Source of the DNA: Paraspadella gotoi
Lineage: Eukaryota; Animalia; Chaetognatha
Reading direction: 5' to 3'
DNA: 64,000 nucleotides
Assembly (NCBI GenBank): GCA_051294375.1
Contig: CM119268.1
Location: 1,881,486-1,945,485 of the forward strand
In this document: one piece after another, positions 37,531 through 48,899 of the stretch
How positions within the stretch are numbered: the first letter of the stretch is position 1
Layout of the letters: each line of letters opens with the position of its first letter
Translations under genes and position numbers: made by a program
The notes under the pieces: generated by a model
Database searches by the model: none
Told to the model about the DNA's origin: nothing
What the model saw: only the letters and a program-made list of their open reading frames with translations

Positions 37531-38051
37531 ATGGCGAAGCATCACCCGGACTTGATCTTTTGTCGAAAACAACCCGGCGTCGCCATCGGCAGACTCTGCG
37601 AAAAGTGCGACGGAAAATGCGTCATTTGTGACTCGTGAGTTTTTCCCGATGAACCTGAAAGGGGATGAGAGTTATTTGTAATTGTTTTAATGATGAGTAT
37701 GAGTTAATTTTTGGTTATTGTTCAATCGTTTCCCGTTTCCGTTTCCAGCTACGTTCGTCCCTGCACTTTGGTTCGAATTTGCGACGAATGTAATTACGGA
37801 TCTTATCAGGGTCGGTGCGTCATCGACGGCGGACCCGGAGTCTCCGACGCTTACTACTGCAAGGCGAGTTCGATTTGCTCTTAAACTGACTTTTAAAGTT
37901 ATTCTAATAATTATTATTTAATCTTTCTTCGTCGCAGGAATGCACCATCCAGGAGAAGGATCGAGACGGATGTCCCAAGATCGTCAATCTTGGCAGCGCG
38001 AAGACTGATTTGTTTTACGAGCGAAAAAAATACGGATTCAAGAAGAGATGA
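37531..38051 (+). CDS. PHF5A: SF3b component PHF5A (Rds3), 3 exons
   Basis: Spliced translation [35 protein letters not shown]|[38 protein letters not shown]|[37 protein letters not shown]. Not in the ORF track. Confidence 0.97.
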
Positions 38052-38164
38052 TGTCTCGAGTTGTTTTGTTCCAACAAATTCTTCTCTCATCCTTTATTTT
38101 TTCACTTTTCATTGCCCTGACTCGTACAATTCTTATGTAGGATCCCCTTGATTATAATTACAAC

Positions 38165-38860
38165 ATGTCCGATGACTTTTGTGAACGATTTGATCGGGAA
38201 GAGAAGAAAGACTCACAAGAAGAGAAGAAAGACTCGCAAGGAGCGAATGAATCAAACGAAAACAGAGAAGGTGAACAAAATGAGGTGATGAACGAAAGTC
38301 CAGTTGGTCTGGACGAAGAAAAGACAAAAGATCAAGAGAGAGAAAAAACAATCTACCAAGACTCGGGTAGCGCCGAAGTGAACGAGGACAACGTCCAAGT
38401 TGCGCGAGAAAAAGACGAAGATGACGTCGATGACGCCGTCGAAACAAACGACGACGATGAGGTCGACGCCAATGACGCCGACAACCAAGAAGACGCCGAC
38501 GACGAAGAGGACGAACCCGACGCGGAACCGAAAAGCAAAAAGTCTCGGCACGACGCCGAGGCTTCCGCCGATCCTTCAATCCCCGCCAACGACGCCGCCC
38601 CGCCTCTCAAATCCCGTACTCGCCTCCCCGCCGCCCGCGTCAAGGCCATCATCAAACTGGACCCGGAAGTGACGCTGGCCTCCCAGGAGGCGGTGATGAC
38701 GGTGTCCAAAGCGGCCGAGTTATTCGTGGCGTCGTTGGCCAAGCAGGCGGCGGGCGTGACGGCGCTCAACAAGAAGAAGACGATTCAGCGGCGAGATCTC
38801 GACGCCGTCGTCGACGCTGATCCTGCGCTGGCCTTTCTCGAGGGCATGCTGGATTTTTGA
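38165..38860 (+). CDS. POLE4: DNA polymerase epsilon subunit 4 (histone fold) with long acidic N-terminal extension
   Basis: RLPAARVKAIIKLDPEVTLASQEAV..AAELFV..KKTIQRRDLD..AFLEGMLD matches POLE4/Dpb3. Confidence 0.85.
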   Translation: MSDDFCERFDREEKKDSQEEKKDSQGANESNENREGEQNEVMNESPVGLDEEKTKDQEREKTIYQDSGSAEVNEDNVQVAREKDEDDVDDAVETNDDDEVDANDADNQEDADDEEDEPDAEPKSKKSRHDAEASADPSIPANDAAPPLKSRTRLPAARVKAIIKLDPEVTLASQEAVMTVSKAAELFVASLAKQAAGVTALNKKKTIQRRDLDAVVDADPALAFLEGMLDF

Positions 38861-40609
38861 AGGGGGGAAGGGAAGGGCGGAATCTTGTTACTCTTTTGTC
38901 ATTTATGCCATATTTATCGTTTTTGTTTGTTTTTGATCGTATTACATATTTGAAAGTTGAAATAAAATTTTATTTTTCAAGAGTGCCAATTTATTTTAAA
39001 TGATGTTAAGATAACAATAAGATGAAGCTTTGTGATGATTCGTTGAAACTGAATTGTGGTTCTAGAATTGGTTGGGTTAGATTCAAAGAATGTAATCTTT
39101 TTCTAACTCACTGCGGAAAACTGGAAGAGAACAAAGAGGATAGACCAGTCTACGGTTAAGAAACCCATGCATAAACTAATAGTGTATTTGTTCCTGTAAT
39201 TATAAATGAGCTAAAATAAGTTAAAACATTAATTATTAGAAAATAATAACAGAAAGTACTTTTGTTTTTATTTAAGTCAGCCGGACATCGTCGCTAGAGT
39301 CCGCATCTTATTCTTCTGATTCTGAATTAGGAGAAATCATATAACAAGTGCACACTCTTAGGGAATAATGATCGTACCGTTTCCTATAATATATAATCCC
39401 TTGCTAATACGGAAATTTATTATAAACGTTACCATTACATAACATCTGGCGAAGGACTAAATAGATTTAAACGAAAAAGGAAGTCGCTGCGGCGCAGGAA
39501 ACTGTGGGCGTTGGGGTGGAGGAGAAATCAAAACAAAATTAATGCGGCACAAAAAAAGTCGACGCTGTTCGAAAGTGCGGCGGCGGCGGCGGGGAATGCT
39601 GCGGATTTTCGCAGCCTCCGGCGTCGTCGTCATCGTCGTGATGATATCGAATTTCAGCGACATCTTTGCGCCTCGCGGCATCGACGTCACTAACGAGATA
39701 AACGAAGGAGTTCGTTAGAGCCGTTCCTCCAGAATTAATCACAACCCTTCTTCGCTCCCTTTATTTGAATATAGAATGAAGTAAGAAACCCTATTGTTTC
39801 TTAGACATTGGTTAGTCATTGATTAATCTTCCCGCTAGTTAAAAGAAAAGACGAGTTTATTGAAATGGTACAACCAATATTAAATATAATTGAATACTAA
39901 GTATATTTATAAGACGATATTATATAGAAATAGAATTATTGATATTATTGCATATTCCTGTTTGTTATCGGTATCCTTTCGAGGTTTACCGTCAGTAATT
40001 TAAACTTATCTTTCAGAAGTCGCTCATAACGTGATGCATGAATTTTTCCGCCGTGGGTTCTATTTTCCCGTAATTCGTAACTGCGTAAAGCCTCATCAGT
40101 CTGCCTCCAATTTTCGACTACAAGAGTTTTACAACCTTCACCATCGCGAATACTTTCCCTCGAAACAAGAAATCCCCACCGTATTATTATATCGCCAAGA
40201 AATTCGACGCCGAATCGAACCAAAGGAGTCTTCGTGTTTTGTCTGGATGTTTGTTTACAATCGCTCGTTTGGGCAAAGAGAAATATTGTAATACTGATTT
40301 TTCAATTCGATGGAAAGAATTACAGTATTTATTTCAGATTTGAGAATTTTCTTTTTTATTGTCTCGGATCGTTTTTAATTAGACCGAACATTTTTACTTT
40401 TTTTGTTTTGGAGAAGTGAAGTGAAGTGAAGTGAAGACTGAAGTCCTCAGTTTTCCATTTCCGTTTAAACTCATCGGTTTGTGAACAGAAAATACAAAAT
40501 TAACTAACAAAAAATCATCAATATCGATCTAAAAAAAATTTTGGACCAGCTTTTAGCCTTTCTCCATCACCCCCTCCCCCACGATATTCAATCGACCCTC
40601 CCTCATGGG

Positions 40610-40612
<3 letters not shown>

Positions 40613-40692
<80 letters not shown>
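40613..40692. repeat. (CT)n microsatellite
   Basis: About 80-bp perfect CT run. Confidence 0.95.
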
Positions 40693-40694
<2 letters not shown>

Positions 40695-42620
40695 CGAGGC
40701 GTTGCAGACGGCGGCGGCGGCTGCTGACGCGGTTCCGCTGCGTCGGGAGGCGGCGAGGGCTGCGATGGTGTCGGGTTTCCACTGGCTTCACAAGCGGCTG
40801 CCAATCCTGCCTTTTTTGTAACTCGATCCTGATAGACGGGAATATGGGGGGGACGGGGGAGAGAGAATATGGGGTAAGAAGTATGTGGGAAGTGGGAGAG
40901 GGAATGAAGGGGGGAGAAACATGAAGGGGAAAAGATAGAATATATGAAGATAAAAACGGGGATTAGTTAAAAAGTTGGGTGGATGATATGAGGGAAATAT
41001 TTAAAATGGGGAAATAGGATGATTTGGAAGGGGAAATTGCAATATTGATAAAATGAACAAGCAAAGGAAAAATATTTTTTAAGGTCGGGAAAGAAAGATA
41101 TATATATATCATAATACAATATATAGGTACGAATAAAGATCAAAAGCTGTAAAACAAGGAAAATGAAATCTTGCTAAGTTAAGAACGGAAAACCGTAAGG
41201 GAAAAAAATATCAAATATAAAAATTATAAAAAAATATATCTAGCTCAGCACATATTAACTAAAGTGTTTATTTGTAAAACAAACGTTTACCTGAGCGATT
41301 CTTCGAGAATCAAACCAAAACTCTTATTTTCATTACATTACATCATTACATTAAAAATCTGACCTCGAAAATAAACTTGATTCGGGGATGAAAAAGTAAG
41401 TTGAAAAGGAAGCAAGAAATCAAAAAGAAAACTAGATAGGAGAAAAGAGCGTAACAATGACGAGAGGAGATCCATTTTTCATCCAAATCTGAAAAAAAAA
41501 GTATAAAATATCCTTTCCGCCTCTTTCACCTTTTTGTTCTCAATAAGAAACGCGCGTAACATGATGACGCGCAGATTCGAGATTTTTCTTTCATCCACAT
41601 TTTTTTTTGTTACGCAAGTTCTCTGCGACAAGGTTTTTTTTCTTTTAGTGTATTGGGCATATTACGTAAGTTATTCTTTTAATGCCGAAGCCTTGGTTAC
41701 ATTATTTTGTTTTGATTTCTTAATCTTATACACAAAATTAAATATGAGAGAGAAATAAATATTAAATTTAAAACTATTCTACCCGCCGAATCGCTTCTAC
41801 CTTTCTTCACGACATTTAAACCTAATGGAATAAAATTAATCTCTCTTTTCACACACTCGCTCTCTCTCTCTCTCCCTCTCACAAGTCCGGTGTTTGGTGA
41901 ACGAGATATAATGGGAAAATAAACTGACAACTAAAAATGTCAAAAATGTTTGAATCTTGGAAAAAAAAAGAGGCCGAGAGGGAAAAGCGGGAGGAGAATC
42001 TTTTCTTCGCATCACCTGAAATTTATCGCGCAAACAAATCGTCGCGGATAATCGCCACCGGCTTTGTCTCGGTTGTCGCCATTCGAGTCGTTGTCGTTGT
42101 CGTTGTCGTCGTGGCCAGGACCACTATTCGTCGTATTTTTAATTGTAATTAATCGATACGAATAAATACATCGTTTCTTTGGAGTTATCCAGAACTTGGA
42201 CTGGGTTTCTTTCGTATGCAACATAGGATTGTCATGCGATTTGATAAATCAATTGAATGGTTTGGTTAAATTATGAAGTTTTTAATTTTGAGGGCAAAAC
42301 GTATTATTTCGCACGAAGCGAAGTCTCGAATTTTCAGACCACGAAGACTAGCCTTTTTTTTTCTTTTTTTTTGTGCGAATTTTGTTTATTTTACTCCCAG
42401 ACAAAATTTTCTCTGTTTTTTAACCCAAATTTCTCGTGGATGCATGAGAGAGAGAGAGAGAGAGAGAGCAGAAGAAACAGCGAAAAGGTGACGATGAAAT
42501 TTTATGGAATTAGAATGGCACAAAATTGCATGAAATCAAACAAAATTACCTAAAAAAAAGGATTTCGCGATTCTCATCTAAAACCAGCCCTTTTTTATAA
42601 AAATGCTGTGAAGGGGATTG

Positions 42621-42713
42621 GAGAATGGAGAAGGTAAATACTAAATGCCATGAGAATGGAGATGGTAAATACTAATTGCCATGCGAATGGAGATGGTAAA
42701 TACTAAATGCCAT
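42621..42713. repeat. 3 x 31-bp tandem repeat
   Basis: GAGAATGGAGATGGTAAATACTAAATGCCAT-like unit three times. Confidence 0.9.
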
Positions 42714-44532
42714 GTGCCGAATCCTAATCGCTGGTTTTAGCGTTTTGGTTGCGAGATATTCTGACGCAATATACTTCAGAAAAGCATAAATAAAGCCTAA
42801 GATTGTAATAAAAAGTAAAAAAAAACTGCTAAATAGTAAATACGTACCTCCTTACTATTTTCCAATTCTAAGACTTCAAGCTCTTATAATAGGGACCAAC
42901 TCCGGAGATAATATAAAATTTCGACTATTAGCAAAGGTTTTTTAGTTGTCTTGACTAAATATTTAAGCAATCATTTTCAAAAAAAAAAATTACAGTATAC
43001 GTCTTTATTAATACATTAAATATTACTTATCTTTTTTCACATTATATAAATTTTTTTTAGAAATCTTAAAATTTTTTGATGGATTCTGATAGAGCATAAA
43101 AAGTTAAACGAGAAATATAATGACAGTTTTTAAAAATTCTTACGTTTTCTAAGTGAAAATTTAAAAAAATGATAAAATCATTTTTTACGGTTTTTCTTAT
43201 TTTTGACTCACTAATCATGAAAATATTTAAAAAAGAATTATACTTTGTATAGACAACTTGTTATGAGCTATCTGAATCTTGTCCAAAAAATTTTTGGCCT
43301 TTCCTATTAAAAAAGAAATGTTTTGTCCATTGAAATTATACTTCAAAATGTATAAATTTTCGTTTGAGCATGTAATCATTCTAAATTTTTGACTCACCCC
43401 ATTGACTGGGGGCTACCCCTACTTATATCAATAATCGTCGCATTATCGCTTGCAAGCGGTTTTAGCCCCCTAGCGAGGATTAGCCTCGTTATGAATCGTA
43501 AACAAAAGACGCGAGTAAACAAACTTATTTCGATTCTCCCCCTGTCGGCGTCGATCGCAGTTTGGCGCGAAAGGACGTTTTTCGCCTAATTGAGGGAAAA
43601 CGAAGAAGAGACGAATTCCAGCGAAGGAACGACGGCCGACAAAGGAGGGGGGTCGATGATTGCATGCACTTGGGGTTGGAGATTTGGAGGCAAGATATGG
43701 TCAATCTCGGTTCTGGAAACGACAGGTCAGTTACGCCACGATTGTAATATCCAGTCCAAGTAAGACCGTGGCAACCTGATCTTTATCCTACTTCGCTGCA
43801 AGCCGCAAAAGTTGTCATCATTTTTTTTTACCAATGATCTTGAAAAATGTTGCCACCTTTGTCATGCTCAATAGGTTGAAGTCCTTCTGTCAAAATCGCC
43901 ACATCCGTACAGTTTCTACCCAAATGGCAATTATCCTTTCAACTTTATTAAGTAAAATAACTTCTTTTTTTTTCGTCAAAAAAAAACTTCTAATTTTCTA
44001 GGAAAGTTTGGAAGATTTTTGAAAGCGAAATGTTCTTGGACTCAGCGGGAGGAAATTCTGACTGAGAAGATATGAAACTCGAGCTCTTTCCTTAGATTCT
44101 GACGATGATGATAGTTATTAGCTATTTATTGGTGTTATTTTTTAGTATTATAATTAGATAATGTTGGCGGGGAGGAGCGGATGGAGGAGGATGATATTTT
44201 GAGGGGGGAGGGTTGGGTTGTGCGAGGGGGGCGGAGGGGGGTGTGGGGTGATCTGGGAGCACGTTTACTCACGTAAAATGCCTATTTAGATTGTTGACGT
44301 ATGTTGTTTATGAAAAGTTCTAGAAATATAGCTATATAATCTTTAAAACGATTATGATTCGTATTTTCTTTTTTTTCAATCCAACCCCTTTGTGGTAAGA
44401 TAAAAGCACCAAGTTGAAAGTTATAAATATAATTATTAAGTTAGAAACAAGTTTATGACAAAATTGTCGATATACTGTGAGTTCACCGGTCTGAGTGAAA
44501 AAACCATGAACAAAAACTCACGAAACAAATGT

Positions 44533-44729
44533 GGCCTGTAGAGGGAAGGCCTGTAGGAGGAAGGCCTGTAGGGGAAAGGCCTGTAAAGGGAAGGCCTGTA
44601 GGAGGAAGGCCTGTAGGGGAAAGGCCTGTAGAGGAAGGCCTGTAGGAGGAAGGCCTGTAGGGGAAAGGCTGTAGGAGGAAGGCTGTAGGGGAAAGGCCTG
44701 TAGAGGGAAGGCCTGTAGAGGGAAGGCCT
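44533..44729. repeat. About 15-bp minisatellite (GGCCTGTAGRRGRAA)n, about 13 units
   Basis: Directly visible tandem array without unique spacers. Confidence 0.92.
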
Positions 44730-46175
44730 CTAAAAAAAAAAGAAATCTCTAAATCGTGGGCGACTTTTTTTTTGTAATTTGAGATCCTGACGTCGGGGAG
44801 AGGGAGAGGGAGAATGTTAGAGACAGATTCAAAGGAAAAGAGGATGAGAAAAATGAAAGAAGATGAAAAAGAAAAGATTAGAAAGAGAACGAAGAATTTG
44901 GAGATCCTTTGTCGTTGTGTACTGAAAATTACAGTACTCTTTGTGTGAATATATTTTATTAACTCAACGACGTATAGTTTGTTCAGTTGAAGTTTTAATA
45001 ACGTTATTAGAAGATAATCACGCGGAGCCAACTTCCGTTTCAATTCGAAATGAAAATGTCGTATCTTGCATTATCTTATCACATTCTCACATTCTTTACC
45101 CTTTTCCACGTAACATCAAACCCTATATGCTATCTACTTTTGTAATTTTTGATTGCTTTGTTGCTACATCTCACTCTGTCTAATTATTCTTTTTTTTTTT
45201 AACTAAACTTTTTTTTTTTGTTTTAATCCAGTTTGTTCTTTTTTTTTCGATTCGCATCGAATTTCGATCTTTTTTTTTCTCCGACGATTTAGGCGTCAAA
45301 GAAAATCATCGATGCAGATTTATTTCCTCTCCGCCTCTCTTTTCTTTTTCCTTTCTTTTCTTTTTCCTTTCTTTTCTTTTTCCTTTCTTTTCTTTTTCCT
45401 TTCTCTTCTTTTTCCTTTCTTTCCATTTTCATTCTTTCATTTACCCCTAATTACTCTTAATCCCAAACTTAAAAAAGGTAATGAGTAAAAAAATAACCGA
45501 CTGGCCATAATAAAAATATATTTGTTAAACAAAGATACATTACTATTTATCCGTTATATTTGACTAATAAACGAAATACGCATTTAAACTTAATATGTAC
45601 AATTTCCCCCTCTCCTTTTAAATCATTTGATTTTCATTTCGCCTTGGAAAAAAAATCAAGTGAAACGACCTCATATTTCACGAATTCTCAAAATCTTTTA
45701 CTTTTCACTCATCGAGAAGTCGGGACGAAAAAGAAAATACTATGCCTTCTATGTTTCTTCAATTTAAGGACTTCTTTGTTACGGAAAACATTTAGTCTGG
45801 GGCCTGATTTTCCTGATTGTAGTTACTGTATTTATTAAATACTATTTAATCTAAATTGAAGAAACATAGAAGTGTCCTTTACAATATTTAACCTGTATCG
45901 ATAAGTGATGATTTTGATTTAAAATTAATTTTATTATAAAATAAAAAGGTTAGTATTCACTATCCTCACTTTAAGGATATAAATTTTTTAAAAAGATACA
46001 CGGTTTAAAGATTAATTTCGAAACAAAAATCATTTATACTAAAACGAGGGGCGCTGAAAACAGTGATGGATTACGGATTATGACGACGAAGGGCGACTAC
46101 GATTAGGAACATCGGAGATGACACGGACCGTGACGACGACGATGACAAGTCGGTGATTAACGATCGTCTTGACTG

Positions 46176-46242
46176 CCCGGATGTAATTAGAAGGAAGAGG
46201 ACCCGGATGTAATTAAGGAGGAAAGTGACCCGGATGTAATTA
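46176..46242. promoter_or_regulatory. Candidate enhancer: three CCCGGATGTAATTA composite ETS + homeodomain motifs
   Basis: An identical 14-mer at 46176, 46202 and 46229 with diverged spacers. Confidence 0.4.
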
Positions 46243-46628
46243 GGATAGATTGGATCTTCTCGTCGAGATTTTTTTCTCTTTTTCACTCAAAATTTATCTT
46301 CGGAAACGGAGTTAAGGTGGGGGGGAGGTAGGGGCGAGAAGGAGTGGCGGAAGAGGGTGTGGAAGAGGGGTCCAGGCTCATGGAAGGGGTTGAGGACGAA
46401 TGAAGCATCGGGATGAGACGATGAAACGATTTTTTTTTAAATAAATATATTAAAAATTAATTCGCTTGACTTCATTCGCCGCGCGTCCAACGTTTGACGT
46501 TTCTACCCAGAGAATGAAAAAAAAAACAAACAAAACGAAAACAAAACGAGAAAATAAAAGAAGGAAATGAAACAAATTAAACAATAAAAAAAACGGGACA
46601 ATACGAGCGCGAGTCTAGAAGGGATGGA

Positions 46629-46632
<4 letters not shown>

Positions 46633-46704
<72 letters not shown>

Positions 46705-46804
46705 AAGAGAGAAAAAAGGAAAAGAAAAGAAAGAATGAAATCCATGTTTTTAATTTCCGTCTTATGATGAAAATCTATCGGACGAAGTGAATGAATGATG
46801 AGCC

Positions 46805-46884
<80 letters not shown>
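46633..46884. repeat. Opposed (GA)n and (CT)n microsatellites
   Basis: A GA run at about 46633-46700 and a CT run at about 46806-46884 form an inverted pair around a spacer of about 105 bp. Confidence 0.9.
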
Positions 46885-46885
<1 letters not shown>

Positions 46886-47433
46886 ATCAATCCATCTTCA
46901 ATAGAAACGGTTGTTGTTTTGTAAAACGCTGCGGTTTGAATAAACCGCAATTATTATTATCGTATCATTTTTTCTGCCCCTGAGAGAAAAGAGAGGAAAA
47001 AAAACGTTGTGATAAAACGTTGTGATAAAATCGTTTGCCTTTCGATAAAACCGGCTCGTCGCGGCCCGTGTGGTTTACCTGTCGACACTCGACAGTTCTC
47101 CTCTCATCTGCGAACTATTTACCTTTTTACAGGCGATGAACAGTTAACGTTTAACAGTCCCAGTTTTCTGTTAATCATTAATTCGAATTCTAGATTCAGT
47201 TTGATTTACCTTTCCTTTCCTACCTTGGATAATAAATAAGGAAAATTGAGCGAGAAATATAAAAAACATTAGTTATAACTATTTTAAATATTGCAATGAC
47301 AATTAAAAATTTCTTTTCGTCCTTTTTTTCATCATCGGAATAAAATTAATACTAGGTATGTAAAATTTTACTTTCGCCGACCGTGGTTTTGGCGTCAATT
47401 AAAAAAATCATTTAAAAATTTTAAAAAATGTAT

Positions 47434-47716
47434 TACCTAATTACCCTCAACCCAAAACCCTCTTAACCGTAAACCACCCTAAACCCTAAACCACCCTAAA
47501 CTACCCTAAACTACCCATGTGTCGCGGCACTCAATTAATTTTTAAGATTAAGTTAGGGTTAAGGATTAAGTAGTGGTTAGAGTTAGGGATTAGTGTTAAA
47601 GAATAGGATTAGAGAATAGGGTTTAGGATTAATTACTAAGGAATAGGATTAGGCTATAAGCTTAGTAGTAGTTTAGGATTAAATATTCGAGTTAAAATTA
47701 GATTAAGCGGTTTAGG
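47434..47716. repeat. Degenerate interstitial telomere-like repeats (CCCTAA-like then TTAGGG/TTAGG-like)
   Basis: accctaaaccctaaa... followed after a short core by ttagggttaaggatta...tttagg. Confidence 0.55.
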
Positions 47717-47801
47717 AACAGAAAAGGGTCTCTTTTGGAAAAGAGAGCACCTTCATTATGGCTCATTTTTTAGGCCAACTATACTTAAATCTTTCCCCCC
47801 G

Positions 47802-47881
47802 CCATCCGATTGGTCAAAATATTAAGATAAAGATGTTCTTCCATCCGATTGGTCAAAATATTAAGATAAAGATCTTCTTCC
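47802..47881. repeat. 2 x 39-bp direct repeat
   Basis: CCATCCGATTGGTCAAAATATTAAGATAAAGAT(G/C)TTCTT twice. Confidence 0.9.
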
Positions 47882-48899
47882 TGTCGAATGTTTAATTATC
47901 CGTCGAACGATTCTTCTTTTCTCCTTTCGCGTGATCAAGCGCAATAATTTCCCGATCCTTTCTCATGGATATAAATCAATAAATGATTTATTTTATCAAT
48001 AAACCGGCCAATTTGATTCATATCGCAAAATCTAACGAAACGAATAAAAAAAGCTCATGATTTTATTTTTATTCTATTTTCCTCTCGTCACTTAGCAACG
48101 TCGATATAATAGTCTATGACTCTGTTAAAATGTTTAAAATCGAGATCGTATGTTTTTTTTAGGCTCGAAACTACTTTATAAAATCAAGATTACGTTATTT
48201 TATTAAATTGGTACTCATTAAGCTCGTACTCATTTATAATGAAATTCTCACGTACCTCTCTCTGCCCTTTTTCGAAACCCCTCCCCCCCCATGTCAGCTC
48301 ATGTTAACTCCCACCACCCCAAACTCAAACTACCTCCCCCCCCGAAAATCCTGACCTCCTTCGATATCAACTCGTCATCCAGGAATTTCATTTTGAAATT
48401 TTTTTTTTTTTTCGAATGTGATTTTAGGTTGGAGTTCGTCGATCGGCGTCGGCGGTCTCTTCGTCACGAGTTGTCGTTGTTGTTGGCTTACGTCACGGTA
48501 GGTCGGTCGGTCGAACGGATTTGGAAAATATAATTTGATACAGTTTTAGGTCATTAATTATTATGCATACGTTATCCGCATTGAGAAACTGATTTAAAAT
48601 AAAACGGTCCGTCGAAAGTGATGAGTGATACCAAAAATACTAAAAAAAAACACAATTTATGCCCAACTTGTGAATTAAGACTCATTACGCATGCGCGTTA
48701 GACCTTTCGAGTTCAAACGAAGCAACGATCGGCCGCTCACTTCATGGCCAGGCTCCCAACCGTTATCACTTCACAGCCAGGCTCTCACCCTTTTTAACCT
48801 CACTGACAGGCTCTTTTACCCCTTTTCACTTCGCAACCAGGCGCTGAACCTCCACCATTGCTGGTCATTTTCCCTGACTATTTAGAACTACTTAGGAGT

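Noticed and set aside
44533-44729. Repeat array as CRISPR
   Set aside because: Contiguous 15-bp units without unique spacers, no cas genes, eukaryotic context.
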